64,000 nucleotides of DNA from Corallochytrium limacisporum Hawaii. Its lineage: Eukaryota > Protista > Pluriformea. Positions 12,297 to 24,230 of this stretch are shown here, in pieces. Numbering within the stretch: position 1 is the stretch's first letter; each line of letters opens with the position of its first letter. Below the pieces are notes generated by a model, which was not told the origin of the DNA, ran no database searches, and saw only the letters and a program-made list of their open reading frames with translations. Location of the stretch: contig PDIP01000077.1 of NCBI GenBank assembly GCA_002811645.1, positions 159,976 through 223,975 of the forward strand, given 5' to 3'. The position numbers and the translations under genes were made by a program.

Positions 12297-13028
12297 TTAA
12301 GACTGGGACGTTGATTTTGAGTGTGATTTCTGGCCCCTCGGGCCTGGGTAGGCACACACGCCCTGGTCCACGCAAATTTTTTTGAGGTCAATGATCTCCT
12401 CAAAGTGCTTTTCGAGATCTTGTTGGATGTCAATGTCGCGATAGCCGTGCCGAAGCCATGTACGAATCTGCCGGAAAAGGTCATCGTATATGGCCGCGGA
12501 GCAAATCAAATTGAGGCGGTACCGTTCCTTGTCCACGTTCTCGAGGTACTCGAGACCTTCCTTCTTGTCCAGCAGGGCGCACGTCGGAGGGTACTGTGTG
12601 ATACTCCGATTCAATAGTGCCCGCACAGCATTCACACTCGCCGCCGTTGTCCTGCGGTATATGAGGCGCGGAAACTGTGTATTGTGGATGAATTCGTCGC
12701 TATTAACATCCTTGAGCTCGAAACCGTAAAATCTAAACAATCCCTTGAACTGAGAGAACAAATCAGAGTCCATGGTGTCGACGAGGAGGATGCGTGGCGG
12801 CATGGGCTCGGCGTTGATCTCTTCCTCTGTGACCTCGACTTCCATCGAGTGCTCTTCGGCTTCTTCGCCCTTTTCATCGCCTTTCTCCTCCAAAGATGGA
12901 GCAGATTTGAACTCCTTGCGCTTCTGCGGATGCCTGGGACAATCGATTCGAGGCCGCGACCACTGACTGTAGCGCCGAACCCTCCTGCTTTGATGCTTGG
13001 GGTTTCTGGAGCTCGCTCCCTGAATAAT
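12297..13028 (-). CDS. Probable C-terminal part (second RCK-like domain) of the 12874-14514 gene, in the +1 frame
   Basis: Frame open from 13028 to the stop at 12297; overlaps the upstream ORF on the same strand; no promoter island of its own; acidic linker followed by a globular alpha/beta domain. In-frame ATGs at 12845 and 12803. Confidence 0.65.
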   Translation of the reverse strand: MIQGASSRNPKHQSRRVRRYSQWSRPRIDCPRHPQKRKEFKSAPSLEEKGDEKGEEAEEHSMEVEVTEEEINAEPMPPRILLVDTMDSDLFSQFKGLFRFYGFELKDVNSDEFIHNTQFPRLIYRRTTAASVNAVRALLNRSITQYPPTCALLDKKEGLEYLENVDKERYRLNLICSAAIYDDLFRQIRTWLRHGYRDIDIQQDLEKHFEEIIDLKKICVDQGVCAYPGPRGQKSHSKSTSQS

Positions 13029-14514
13029 TCATGTCTCCATCCCTGAGATGCTTATCTGCTTCCTCATGCGTAGACTTCAATGGCAGTTCTCCGTCACCTT
13101 TCGGTCCGTGATGGTGACTGTTTCGTCCTTTCTCCTTCTCCTTCAGTTCCTCGAGCTTCCGTTGTTGGATGCGCTCAATGCGATTCTGTCGCTCCAGTCG
13201 GTCCATTTCACTGAAAGCATGCTGCACCCACCGCAGCACTTCGTAGAGCACAGGTGCCGCAGAATCGACTAGAATGTCGACCTCCTTGCGATTCCGCGCC
13301 CGTTCGCCAATGGTATACGCTATACCGCCACCAGTCGTGGAACTGTGTAGAGTGTCACCCAGGAAGATGCGCACTATTCGCGCGTCGGGATCCAGCTTGT
13401 GAAGCTTGTTCTGTAGGAATGTAAAAGCCTGACTGGCATCTTCCAGGCTTAAATCCGTGGTCTGGATGCCGAGGTTGTACGCCATTTCTGTTTTTGTACC
13501 GTCGGCTTCGACAATCAGCAATTTTTGTGATTTGTCCTTGGTCGGAATTAGGAAGGCCGGGTCCAGCTTGAACCCCTTCCAGCAGTGCCGTGACGAGTAG
13601 TGGCCCTCCGGGATTTGCCAGTAGACGGGAACTGAGCCATGCATGCTCACTCGTTTGATAAGGTGTGTCTGCTGCGATCCGTCCTCATAGATTGGTACAA
13701 TATGCCGTCCGTAGCGCTCAAGCGATAGCGCGGTTACATCCGAGTCCATACCTGCAAGCCGGATGACACGCTCTCGAAATCCCGGCATCAACGGCTCCCT
13801 GCCATGCATAACATGATCACTGTACACACTGCCTGCGCGCATTCCCACTGTGACGAACCGAAGAAGCTGTGAAAGCATGAGGAAACCACCGAAGAGTGAC
13901 CGCGTTGTACGTGCATTCAAAATCTTCAGTTTCACTGTTGAGTCCTCTCGACTGTCTCCGAAACTCCGTAACAATTCTTGTGGGTCAAGATCCTTTGCCA
14001 GTGCCACTACTTCCGGAGGTGTTGTGCTCCAAATCATGCTGCTCAAAATATTATTCCACGCGTACGCATGGCAGAACCGCAGTCCCTCCGGTCGATAGAA
14101 AGGGTCCGCCACCAGCAGCGTTCCCTCGTAGAATCCCACCGTGTATACTATCATTGTCGACATGCCGAGCAGAGCTAGGGCCTTGGAGTCAAAAAATGAC
14201 AACGCTGCGATCCTGGAAACTCGGTATACCGTGCGAAAAAAACTGGAAACTCCGTGAACATAATTAGTGTTTGGGAAATCATTCTGCACGGTGATTGGTA
14301 ACGAAGTGCGCGGGGCTTCATACGCCTTGCCGTCCAGCCCTGATCGCGACGAATACGTCCGTCTGCTGGCCAGTGACCTCACTCGCGCAGAATGTTGTAT
14401 CTTGAGCCGCCGCTGCAATAGAATGAACCGTGCAGGCGTTTGCTTGAGCAGTGCTGAGCTGACCAGCAGCACAGAACTGCTCGAGGCACGCACTGAGGTG
14501 ATCAGTGTCATCAT
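12874..14514 (-). CDS. Unknown membrane protein, N-terminal part: mitochondrial-type presequence, two hydrophobic helices, RCK/TrkA-N-like domain
   Basis: 546-aa ORF; first 60 aa are R/S/L-rich with no D/E and include RRTY/SS; hydrophobic segments at about aa 112-129 and 204-224; beta-alpha pattern RVIRLAG...HIVPIYED...LLIVEAD...KLDPDARIV. Probably continues into 12297-13028 in another frame. Confidence 0.75.
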   Translation of the reverse strand: MMTLITSVRASSSSVLLVSSALLKQTPARFILLQRRLKIQHSARVRSLASRRTYSSRSGLDGKAYEAPRTSLPITVQNDFPNTNYVHGVSSFFRTVYRVSRIAALSFFDSKALALLGMSTMIVYTVGFYEGTLLVADPFYRPEGLRFCHAYAWNNILSSMIWSTTPPEVVALAKDLDPQELLRSFGDSREDSTVKLKILNARTTRSLFGGFLMLSQLLRFVTVGMRAGSVYSDHVMHGREPLMPGFRERVIRLAGMDSDVTALSLERYGRHIVPIYEDGSQQTHLIKRVSMHGSVPVYWQIPEGHYSSRHCWKGFKLDPAFLIPTKDKSQKLLIVEADGTKTEMAYNLGIQTTDLSLEDASQAFTFLQNKLHKLDPDARIVRIFLGDTLHSSTTGGGIAYTIGERARNRKEVDILVDSAAPVLYEVLRWVQHAFSEMDRLERQNRIERIQQRKLEELKEKEKGRNSHHHGPKGDGELPLKSTHEEADKHLRDGDMNYSGSELQKPQASKQEGSALQSVVAASNRLSQASAEAQGVQICSIFGGERR

Positions 14515-14719
14515 GGATTGGCCTCCATATTATCCATTCCAGCAGTTCCCAGCAGAGGTAGTGGGTGCTAAATCATCCTGTCACGCATTCAAACTTTGAA
14601 AACTCTGATGTCAACGATAGGACTGTTTCACGAGCCTTAAGTAGTAGGCAAACCTGGCACAAAAGCACAGCTGAACATTCGCCCGGCCAACGGAAGACTC
14701 CTGAGACCGTGCACGGGCC

Positions 14720-15465
14720 TTGGCAAGGGGGGACGGGCGGGTTTTTCGACTCCCCGCTCCCCCTTGCGACCCCAAAACCAAACAGACACACACACACAGA
14801 CAACCAAGAGAAAGTTCGGACCCGTTTTACGTCTCTTCGCCCCGGCACCCCCCCCCCTCTTTCCCCTTCCCCACCAATGGGCCGCGGGTCCCTCTCTGTT
14901 ACACTGGCAACCGGCAAAAGAGAGTGGACCCGGGCAGGGGGAGGGCGGAGGGTGAAAAAAACCTGGCACCCCTCCTCCCCCTCCTTTCACCCGCTTAAAC
15001 ACTGGAAACCTAAATATATCATTAATTCGACTTCACCCTACCCGGGTGTTTGACCCTCCTCTGCTCACTGGCCGGCTCCCCCACTCTCTCCCTCTCTCTC
15101 TCTCCGTCTCTACTCTCCTGTGCATCGGAGTTACCATCGGGGGCTCTTAGGGGGGAGGGGGGGGGTTTACCACGCATAGTAAAACAGTAAAAAAAAAGGA
15201 GGGAAAACAATGGGGGAAGGAATGAGTGAATAGAAATAAAGAGAACCCCAAAGCTTCAGAAGAAATTGGACACCGCCAAAACCACCACCCATCCCTCCCC
15301 TCCCAGAAGTGGAGAGCGGGAAAGGTTGGTAGTAAAACAATGGCGTTTTGCCCTGGCCGTTTCTCGTCCCCGCCCGCAACTGAGCACACACACACACACA
15401 CGCCCACCCAAGACCCCCAAAGCCGACAAAATGAAGAAAACAATACCCAGTCCCCGGCCTCCCCT

Positions 15466-15503
<38 letters not shown>

Positions 15504-15940
15504 TCTCTCGGGGGTATTGCCGGCCTTTTGGTGTGCAGCACACACTTTTTTCAATTTTTTTTCGCCTCCAAGCGGAGACTTTTTCCTTCTGGGAGCTGTG
15601 GGGAAGGGGAGGGTGCCTCGCACACTGCCAAAGTTAATAAAGAAAGAGTCCTGGGTTGGCCCCCTTCCCTCTTTTCACACTGTACACGCGCGCGCAGGTG
15701 AGAGACCCCGGGGGGGGGGGTGAAGGAGGGGACGGTGACACGCACCCAAAGACGACCCCCCCCCCGGGGGCGGGAGAGCAAGTGAAAAGCAGGAGACGGG
15801 CCAAGGAGGAACGGACAGTTTTTTGTGGGGTTGTGTGTTGGGTGCGCAGGTGCTCTGGGAGCTTGCCCGGGTCTCTTGAATGCTCCCGATCTGCTGACCG
15901 GCACGATCTGGGACGACGGGATTTTGGGGGCCCGGCTTTT
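14720..15940. promoter_or_regulatory. Putative bidirectional promoter island, channel-like gene/CPOX
   Basis: Poly-C/G, (CA)n, (CT)n and A/T runs between divergent starts. Confidence 0.45.
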
Positions 15941-16196
15941 GTTTACTGCTACCGTTAGTGATGAATGATGACGCGGAGAGATAAATTGCAGCAGCACGTG
16001 TGCGCAATGGTATTGAAAGTCTTCATTGTCTGGCGACATCCAGTGACCCGGATCAGACAAGTTGTTGATCACTGAGATCACTCTTTCCTCTTACCTAACA
16101 ATGACACTGAGCAACCTGACCGCTGTCGTCTTTCGGCAGCCAGCAGGTGGTATGGATTCGCTGATCATGCAGCACCGCTACGCGCACACACAGACA

Positions 16197-17393
16197 ATGG
16201 TCCGTTCAGCACTTCGAGGCAGTGGCAACGGTGGTAATCTCGGCCGGGGATTGATCCGTGCTGTGCTGGGCACCGTCGCGACTGTCGCGTACGTCGCATC
16301 CAAGGAAAACTTTGAGGCCAACTGCTTCTGGCCCTTCAGCAGCGGCAGCGGTGGCAATCCCAAGTATATGGCCACCCCGATTACGCGCAACGTCGAGTCG
16401 CTGGCGATGGACAAGAACAACTACCGGGCACGGATGGAAGACTTTATCATGCAACTTCAGGCCGATATTTGCACCGCAATCGCTGAGGTCGACGGCAAGC
16501 CGTTTGTGGCTGATCGCTGGGAACGTGAAAGCGGTGGAGGTGGTGTGAGCTGTGTCTTGCAAGAAGGTAATGTTTTCGAGAAGGCCGGTGTTAATGTCTC
16601 TGTTGTGCACGGCACCCTCCCGCCCGCCGCGGTGCGTGAGATGCGCGCCCGGGGCCACAAACTGTCTGACAACGATCCTTTGCCTTTCTTCGCCGCTGGT
16701 ATCTCCAGTGTCATGCACCCACGCAACCCTCACGCACCGACTGTCCATTTCAACTACCGTTACTTTGAGGTCCAGGATCTAAACAACAAGGAAAATCCGA
16801 CCACTTGGTGGTTCGGCGGTGGATGTGACCTGACCCCGAGTTATCTGTATGAGGAAGATGCCGTCCACTTCCACCAGACGCTCAAGGATGCCTGTGACAA
16901 GCATGATGCGAGTTACTACCCTCGCTTCAAGAAGGAATGTGACAAATACTTTTTCATCAAGCACCGGGGCGAGGCACGAGGTGTGGGTGGCATCTTCTTT
17001 GACGACCAGGACGACCGTCCCCGGGAGCAGATCTTTGAGTTCATTCAGAGCTGCGGTCGTTCCTTCAATCGCAGCTACATCCCAATCCTCAAGAAGCGCA
17101 AGGATATGCCCTTCACTGAAGCAGAGAAGGCATGGCAGCAGCTGCGGCGGGGCCGCTACGTTGAATTCAACCTGGTCTATGATCGCGGTACCAAGTTCGG
17201 CCTGTACACGCCCAACGCACGCATCGAGAGCATTCTGATCTCCCTCCCGTTGACCGCACGCTGGCAGTACATGCACGAACCTAAGGCCGGATCACGGGAG
17301 GCTGAACTGCTGCAGGTGCTCAAGCATCCGAGGGATTGGGTCCCTCTGGGTGTGGTCGGCAACGCTGCCACTGCCGTTGCCGCTGGCGCCTAA
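16197..17393 (+). CDS. CPOX: Oxygen-dependent coproporphyrinogen III oxidase with N-terminal targeting extension
   Basis: [79 protein letters not shown]. Start uncertain (in-frame ATGs from 16101); 16197 preferred for its acaATGg context. Confidence 0.95.
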   Translation: MVRSALRGSGNGGNLGRGLIRAVLGTVATVAYVASKENFEANCFWPFSSGSGGNPKYMATPITRNVESLAMDKNNYRARMEDFIMQLQADICTAIAEVDGKPFVADRWERESGGGGVSCVLQEGNVFEKAGVNVSVVHGTLPPAAVREMRARGHKLSDNDPLPFFAAGISSVMHPRNPHAPTVHFNYRYFEVQDLNNKENPTTWWFGGGCDLTPSYLYEEDAVHFHQTLKDACDKHDASYYPRFKKECDKYFFIKHRGEARGVGGIFFDDQDDRPREQIFEFIQSCGRSFNRSYIPILKKRKDMPFTEAEKAWQQLRRGRYVEFNLVYDRGTKFGLYTPNARIESILISLPLTARWQYMHEPKAGSREAELLQVLKHPRDWVPLGVVGNAATAVAAGA

Positions 17394-17888
17394 ATTCGAA
17401 TGTGTCCGGGCAACAAACTCCGAAAATGTAGTCAAGTCTCGTCTAGTACCAATAATTTAAAATTCATAAATGCAGTTTTATTTCTCATTTGTGCGTGTTT
17501 TGGATGTGGAACATTTTGGGACACTCGGGGCCGATAGACATGAACTCACAGAAAACCATCCTGGAGCCAAGAATGGAGATGATCCAGGAACACCTCGGTG
17601 GAGAGTACCACGAGCTTCCCATTGAACGTGATCCTCACAGGTGCTTTTTGTTCCCACAGCGTTTAGATTGTGAGCGTACTTCCCATTGAACGCTGCACAA
17701 GTTTCACACTGCCCTGAAACCTCCAAAGCCTATTTGCTATTCAGGCTCCCGCCCGTATCCGGGACGTCCCACCCAGCTATGCACAAAGACATTGAATGTG
17801 GACCAGCAGTTGCTTTTGGCATGTACAAGTGTAGAAGGAAAACAAGTGAATGCTATGGATGTGGAAGTATCAAATTTCTGGAGGCGCC

Positions 17889-20800
17889 TCAGTATCCGTA
17901 GCCTCCCATTTGACCTCCCTGCATGTTGTTCATCATTCCACCGCCCATGTTGCCGTACGGGGCACCGCCGTAGCCACCCGCCATCTGACCCGGTCCCGCA
18001 GTAATCATCAACGGTTGTTCATACATCATGCCACCCTGCTGCTCCTGCTCCTGCTTCTCCGTTTCCTGGGTGTCCAGGCGGATGCTAAGCTCCTGCAACT
18101 TGTCGTAGACCTCCCGAGTGGACTGCACCAGGTAAGGCATCGCAAAGTCGTACAAATTGTTGCGCCAGGCCAGCTCCATGACCACGTCGGGGCGGAGATG
18201 ATCGTAGCAAGTGAACAAACAGGCAGCAAAGCACTCCGTGTTCTTCTGATCCACAAAGAACTGCAAGAGTTCCTCTACCAGGTCACTGTCACCGGACTCG
18301 GCAGCGTACTCCATAGCGTCCTTGTACAGTTTGTCTTCCTTGCACAGGGCCGCAGCCTGCTTCCAGCGCTTATTGTTCTGGTACAGATAGGCAGCAATGC
18401 GACGGAACTCGATCAGCTCGTGCTTTTCGAGACGCTGGGCCAGACCCATGTTGTCAAAGTTGTCAAAGTTGTCAATGGACTCGCGCAGAGCAGTGAAGTC
18501 CTCTTCTTCGATCAGCAGGGAGTTGTAGGCCTCGTTGACAGCCTTGTTGTTGCCCTGTTGGACACTGGACAGGTACGATTTGACCAGAGGCAGGTTGCCG
18601 TTCTTTGTAAAGAACTGAACAGCGCGATAGTGGTCGATGCGCGGGGACAGGACAACCAGCAAATCAGTGATGAGCAGAGGGGCCACATCGAGGTAGAAGC
18701 TGAGAGCCTTGTAGTATAGTTCCACATTGCTGACCTTGACAACAATGTCCTTGAAAGAGCCATGCTCCCAGCATTCGGTTGGATGCTCCATCATAGTCAG
18801 CACGGCGTTATCAAACTCATCGTAGTTAACATATAAGAAGACCAGTTCCTTCCAAAGATGACCATCCTTGGCCGCAGTGAGCACCTTCGGAATATTGACG
18901 CGGTAGTAGAAGAGCTTCAGATGCTCCATCAACTTCTCCGGCTTGTAACGAGAGTACATGATTGACAGCTCAGTGAACATACCCATGTGCGCACGCTCCA
19001 GACCAAGCGCAGCCTCAAGGAGCTGGATAACTTCCTCAAAGTGGCCGCGGCTTTCGTAGTACTGCAGCAGCTCTTCCAGCTCATCCGCATGCACGACAAT
19101 ATTCAATCCACAAATCTGTGCCAGACGGAACTCCTCAGCATCCACGCAGGCGTAGCAGACATGTTTCCAGGTCTTGACGCCGGAGGCCTTGCGGGCAGAA
19201 TCAACAGCGGCTTGGTATTCGCCTAGGTGCACCAGAGTCTCGGCCAAGCGAGCATAGTTGGAGATGTTCTGGTAGAGGATACGGGCAGCTTCATACTTCT
19301 GGCTGTCGTAGCACTTGTCGGCAACCTCGGACACGTTGGCAATGGTGGTCCCGTTGACAAAGTCCTCAAGCTCTGTGAGGCGGTCGGTGCGTGCAAAGGC
19401 GTACAGGAGCTCGGTCTCGATCATAGCCTCACGAGCGGTCTTGCGGGCCATCTGCAGGTAGCGGACCAGATCGTCGTAGGCATCCTTCTGCTCGGCAACC
19501 TGAATGACCTCGGCAAAATTGGCGGGGTCCTCGGCCTTGATATAGGCATCCACGGCATCCTTGATGCGACCAGCATCCAGGAAGGCCTTGGCCAGCAGGG
19601 ACCAGGTCTCCGGGTCAGCACAGCGCTCGGCGAACTCATAGGCACGGTCAAGGTCGCGCACATTCTCCAGCAGCACATTCATGGCAGAGCCGTTGACGTC
19701 GAACTTCTTGAAGATCTGGAATGCTTCCTCATAGAGTTCAGAGCTGATGGCAATGTTGGCGATATCTGGAGCATCGTAGTTGTCGAGACGGTCGATGTAG
19801 TCCATGACACGGGAAGAGTCGGCTTTGATGGCAGTCAAGATCAGCAGGTTCTGCAGGTTGCGGTTGTCGGCAAAAGCGGAACCATCGAGGACAATGCGCT
19901 CCAGCAGTTCAATGAGCTCGTTGGGCAGCTCGGCGGCCATGAAGGCCTTGACAGTCACGGACACGGCCTCTGGGTCCTGGGTCTCCGGCAAGGCAGTACC
20001 GACGACGGAATCGATAAGCTGACGACGGTAGTCGTTTTCCTCTGTCAGAGTCTTTTCCCAGAGATCCAGATCCTGGCGACGGATGAGGTAGCGGGCCTGG
20101 GACTTGAAGAGTGCGTTCTGGTTGGTCACGTTGATCAGCTCGTCATCACACTGGCCACGCTCGTAGGCCACAACTGCCAGATTGGGGTCACGCTTCTCAC
20201 AGTAGGCACCGACGACCAGGGAGTCGTAGTAAGGATTCTCACGCAGGAACCGCTCCGGGTTGTTGTTGGAGTCAATGTAGATCTTTGCAAGGGCATTGAA
20301 GGTGCCGCTGTCTTCCTGGCCGTTCTGCACACGGGCCTCGAGCCACGGCAGGAGCAGACGTAGTCGGTTGCGCTTCTCGACCTCAATGGTGAGCTCATCT
20401 ACATCGAAGTTGCCGCGTACGGACATGATCAGGTTCTTGACCACATCATCTCCGGCATCGACATCGAGGAGACCGCCGATCACGATGGGCAGACGGCTGG
20501 GGTTCACCTTCTGGACGTAAATCTCAATGTACTTCTGCATCTGGTTCTTGTAGAGGTAAAGCACCAGGTCGTGCACATAGTCAAATCGGTCACAGACAAT
20601 GATGAGGGGAAGCATATCAGTAAGGTTAGCTTCCTTCAAGAAGTTCTTAACCTTCTCGGCGTCGTAGACGTTGGACTCGCGGCAGATGCGCTCCACCTCC
20701 TTCATCTGACCAACGCGGACTGCGGCCTTGATGTAGGCGAAATGAGTCTCCGGGTCCTGGCTCTGGTTTACAATGGCACCAAGGAAGTAGAAAAGACCTT

Positions 20801-22925
20801 CGTAGGACTTGAAGCTCTCAAACATTTCGATCAGAGACTTGGTGTTGAGTTGCTCGTGGTACTTGGAGGCAATCTGAACGACAATCTGCAGGTTCTGGCG
20901 GATATTGTGAGTCAGCATGGCCTTCAGGCACTCCATTGAGTCCTCCACTGATAGGGTACCAAAGTACTGCACAAGCCAATCGGGATTCAACATTGGTGTG
21001 TGCACAATGGAGCGCTTGATGTCGAAAATGTCCGTGTAGTGCTCCAAGGCACGCTGAACCAGACCGGCCTGCTCACACAGCTGCGCAACGTACTGCTTGT
21101 CGTAGTGACTGAACATCTGGTTGCCGAGAATGGCATCTGCAACCTGCGGAGCGTTCTGCAGGTTCATTTCCAGCAGACGAGTCTGCAGAGGACCCTCCTC
21201 TTCCCGGTTGTTCTTCAGGGCATCCAGCAGGAAGGCAGTGCACTGCTGAATCAGGTTGTACTCCATGAAACAGTCAACAATGCTGCTCAGATCAGCCAGT
21301 GGCTCATCCTCTTGGACAAGCATGGTGGCGAACTGGGCACCCTTCTCAGCATCGTAGCGCATCAGATTGCGCAGGAAGTAGATGTAATCCGGGGTGTAGC
21401 CGACCTTCTTGGCGTACAGGATGATCTTCTGGAATTGTCCCATCTCAGCGAAGCACTGGATCACCTTCTCAGGGGCATTTGCACGCAGGTATACGGAGAG
21501 GGCGAGGGTGGTGTCCGCAAACTGCTTCATGAGGTCGCCGAGCTCCTCGCTGCATTCCAATTTGTCTTCCTTGAGCCACTTCTCGATCAGATTCTTCTTG
21601 CCCTGTTGCAGCACGGGACGTGCCAGTTCAATAGACTCGACCGGGTTCAGTTTGTCCTGCTCCAGCAGCAGACCAAAGTACCGCAGCAATGGAGGGGTCT
21701 GACCAGGCTGGGCCGGAGCCTGCTGGAAGCGCTGGATGGTTTGCGGAGTCCGGAGGATACCTCGGGGTGCTTTGGCTGCCACGCGGGCGGCCTGCTCGTA
21801 GTTACCCTGGTTCATGAGCTGGTCAAAATATGCCTCAAACTTGTCGTCTGCTCCCGGAAGGTTGTTACGCTCGGCCATCTTGATGGCAAGCTCAGGTTGG
21901 TTGAGCTGATTGGTAATGAAGTTAACAACATTGTTCTCATCAAGGCTCACGACCAGAACCTGACCCTTCTTGTTAACTCCAATAATACCGCCGGTGGCAG
22001 TGTGAGGGGCGGTCACAAAGATGGTGTCAGAGGAAATGCGATTCATGTAGATGCACTTGCCGCTGTCGAGGTCGTACACATGGATGTAGCCGTACTTGGT
22101 GATGAGGTAGATCACGTCATACTTGCTGGAAGTCTGCATGGCGACTGGGAAATCCGCAGCAGCCTCCTGGGGGAAGTAGACGTCGACAACCTTCTTCTGG
22201 TAGGGTTGGGGGTTCTCATCGGGCTTACCGACCTCGATGATGTGCAGCTTGCCGGTTTGCTCGTGGGAAGCGAAGCAGAACAGAAGACTGGGCTTGGGAT
22301 TGCCGTCAATCTTAAACTGTGCAAAGCATGCTGCGTGACCCTTCAAATTCTGCGAAATGCGCTTTTCGGTAGAGAACAGCTGCATGTGACCGACAACCCT
22401 CTGGTTCTGCGCTGTGATGCCGACAAGGACCAGCCACTTCTCGTCCTCACTGGTCTTGTAGTTGATGATCTGAGCGCCTTCGACAGGGGTACGATCAAAG
22501 ACCTTCTGAGGCTCGCTGCTGCCCTCGGTAGACCAGTGAAAGACAGCGCTCTGGGTCACCAGACCGATGGTCTTAGTTGAAATCCACTTCCAGAACACGA
22601 CATCCTCGTTCATGACCGTAGCCTTCATTTTGCTCTTCATCTCCATATTGAAAATCTGCAAATTCCTTGCCTGTTTCAGGGCAATTACCTTGGACACAGG
22701 GTTCATGATGGCGGAGTCAGCTGTGATGGGCCGGCGCATGGGGTTTTTGGGATCCGCCAGGTCAATGATGACGACCTGGTTGTTGTCACCCACGCGTTCC
22801 CGAACGCAGATAAATTTGTCACTTTCCATGGTCAGAGTTGTGAACGAAACATTGCTAATGTTGACTCCCACCTGCTGGAGCTGAACCAGCTCCTGGAAGC
22901 GAATCGGCAAAGCTTGACCAGCCAT
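17889..22925 (-). CDS. CLTC: Clathrin heavy chain
   Basis: [32 protein letters not shown] terminal domain; CHCR repeats; [15 protein letters not shown]; C-terminal PLMIT (QLMLT-like Hsc70 site). First ATG at 22925 (track start is GTG). Single open frame. Confidence 0.99.
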   Translation of the reverse strand: MAGQALPIRFQELVQLQQVGVNISNVSFTTLTMESDKFICVRERVGDNNQVVIIDLADPKNPMRRPITADSAIMNPVSKVIALKQARNLQIFNMEMKSKMKATVMNEDVVFWKWISTKTIGLVTQSAVFHWSTEGSSEPQKVFDRTPVEGAQIINYKTSEDEKWLVLVGITAQNQRVVGHMQLFSTEKRISQNLKGHAACFAQFKIDGNPKPSLLFCFASHEQTGKLHIIEVGKPDENPQPYQKKVVDVYFPQEAAADFPVAMQTSSKYDVIYLITKYGYIHVYDLDSGKCIYMNRISSDTIFVTAPHTATGGIIGVNKKGQVLVVSLDENNVVNFITNQLNQPELAIKMAERNNLPGADDKFEAYFDQLMNQGNYEQAARVAAKAPRGILRTPQTIQRFQQAPAQPGQTPPLLRYFGLLLEQDKLNPVESIELARPVLQQGKKNLIEKWLKEDKLECSEELGDLMKQFADTTLALSVYLRANAPEKVIQCFAEMGQFQKIILYAKKVGYTPDYIYFLRNLMRYDAEKGAQFATMLVQEDEPLADLSSIVDCFMEYNLIQQCTAFLLDALKNNREEEGPLQTRLLEMNLQNAPQVADAILGNQMFSHYDKQYVAQLCEQAGLVQRALEHYTDIFDIKRSIVHTPMLNPDWLVQYFGTLSVEDSMECLKAMLTHNIRQNLQIVVQIASKYHEQLNTKSLIEMFESFKSYEGLFYFLGAIVNQSQDPETHFAYIKAAVRVGQMKEVERICRESNVYDAEKVKNFLKEANLTDMLPLIIVCDRFDYVHDLVLYLYKNQMQKYIEIYVQKVNPSRLPIVIGGLLDVDAGDDVVKNLIMSVRGNFDVDELTIEVEKRNRLRLLLPWLEARVQNGQEDSGTFNALAKIYIDSNNNPERFLRENPYYDSLVVGAYCEKRDPNLAVVAYERGQCDDELINVTNQNALFKSQARYLIRRQDLDLWEKTLTEENDYRRQLIDSVVGTALPETQDPEAVSVTVKAFMAAELPNELIELLERIVLDGSAFADNRNLQNLLILTAIKADSSRVMDYIDRLDNYDAPDIANIAISSELYEEAFQIFKKFDVNGSAMNVLLENVRDLDRAYEFAERCADPETWSLLAKAFLDAGRIKDAVDAYIKAEDPANFAEVIQVAEQKDAYDDLVRYLQMARKTAREAMIETELLYAFARTDRLTELEDFVNGTTIANVSEVADKCYDSQKYEAARILYQNISNYARLAETLVHLGEYQAAVDSARKASGVKTWKHVCYACVDAEEFRLAQICGLNIVVHADELEELLQYYESRGHFEEVIQLLEAALGLERAHMGMFTELSIMYSRYKPEKLMEHLKLFYYRVNIPKVLTAAKDGHLWKELVFLYVNYDEFDNAVLTMMEHPTECWEHGSFKDIVVKVSNVELYYKALSFYLDVAPLLITDLLVVLSPRIDHYRAVQFFTKNGNLPLVKSYLSSVQQGNNKAVNEAYNSLLIEEEDFTALRESIDNFDNFDNMGLAQRLEKHELIEFRRIAAYLYQNNKRWKQAAALCKEDKLYKDAMEYAAESGDSDLVEELLQFFVDQKNTECFAACLFTCYDHLRPDVVMELAWRNNLYDFAMPYLVQSTREVYDKLQELSIRLDTQETEKQEQEQQGGMMYEQPLMITAGPGQMAGGYGGAPYGNMGGGMMNNMQGGQMGGYGY

Positions 22926-23024
22926 GTTTCTCGCTATAATTTCAGACACAAATTAGCTAAGTATACAGACAATATCCGGATGATTCAAAAGCAAGGCTTT
23001 ACCCTAAACCTTGGTTTTGAATTT

Positions 23025-23080
23025 CTACAAGTAAAAAACACGTATTGTTGCACGGAAGAGTCAGGAATTGGGATACTCAC
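23025..23080 (-). other. Candidate 5'-UTR intron of clathrin heavy chain
   Basis: GTGAGT donor at 23080, CCTGAC at 23065-23060, TTTTTTACTTGTAG acceptor ending at 23025; 56 nt. Another strong donor CGG|GTAAGC lies at 23284. Confidence 0.5.
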
Positions 23081-23469
23081 TGTCTCCTTCAGACTATGGA
23101 TAAGCAACCGTTTGCTTCAATCCATGGACTTGTTGCCGTAGTGGAAGGAGATCTGCAATGTTATCTGATTTATAATTGTGTTTCTGTTGTACCTGTCCTG
23201 CGTGGGCAGCTTTACATTCGTCTCCAGCGACCGCTCATCATTACTTCTAACCCATTGCTGTAATTTCGTGTCTTATTCGCTTACCCGAAACAGTCAGTTC
23301 ATTCCAATCATTGCGGTACAGAACAGACGGAACGAGGCACGGACATCACCAGGAGTATCTACCCAGCACAGCCACCCTCCCGTACTTTGTCGCCTGGTGT
23401 TGCCGTTGCCGGACACCTATCACCCACAGAGACCCGTGTTGAGTCTTGGCCAAAGGGAAAATGTACGGG

Positions 23470-24230
23470 GGTAAAAAGCCATTTGTTTTGCTTTTTTGGC
23501 CCCCCCCCCCCTTGTACTCGAGTTTTTGGTTTTTGTTTTCCCTTTTTTTTTTTGGGCCCTCGGTCTTCTCCCCCGGTGTCCGGGTCACTTCCCCCCTTCC
23601 CCCTCGGCTTGCCGTCAGCAGTAGGGCCCCCAACCAACCAACCAACGCGAATTTCGGCCAGGCAGGCAAAAGAGAAGAGGGGATTTTGAACAAATTTTTC
23701 GCGAGCGCGTCGTCTTCCCGCCACGAACTTCCAACCCCGGTACCCGTACCTACGCGCTGGGGCAGGCAACACACACCAGCAAGCGGTGTGAGTCAGTAGC
23801 AGCAGCAGAGTTGAGGATCGCTCCCCGTGGGCCCTATGGTTCGATTGCTGCCTTTTGCCAAAAAGTCTTCGTTCCCGTGTATAGGTCACGGTTGTGAGTT
23901 TTCGGTTCGTTATGGAAACGAAAGTGAAGCAGAAGAGAGTGAGCGAGAGATGACCTGGTATACATCCGCACACTCCCCCACTTTGCATAATGCCCCTGCG
24001 CCAGTTGCCCCCTCCCCCTCCCCAAAGTACACTACCCTTCCCTTGAAGAGGGAGCCGGGGGGCCGGTGCCAAAAAGGCAAAACAAATATGGAGGTTTCCA
24101 ACCCACCCCCCTTTTTTTATCTTTTTCTTTCCTGGCGGGTGTTGTGGGCATTATCCTGAAAAGTACCGGAAGACGAAACCGGTCCCCTACGATTTCGGAG
24201 TGAAGGGGTCCGGGGTCTTGGACGTCTGTT
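23470..24230. promoter_or_regulatory. Promoter-like island upstream of clathrin heavy chain
   Basis: Homopolymer-rich island 0.5-1.3 kb upstream of the ATG. Confidence 0.4.

Noticed and set aside
17850-22580. Long plus-strand ORFs (289, 378, 526 aa) opposite clathrin; likewise the 504-aa ORF opposite ICL and those opposite MS
   Set aside because: Antisense shadows caused by strong codon bias of the real genes; no recognisable domains.
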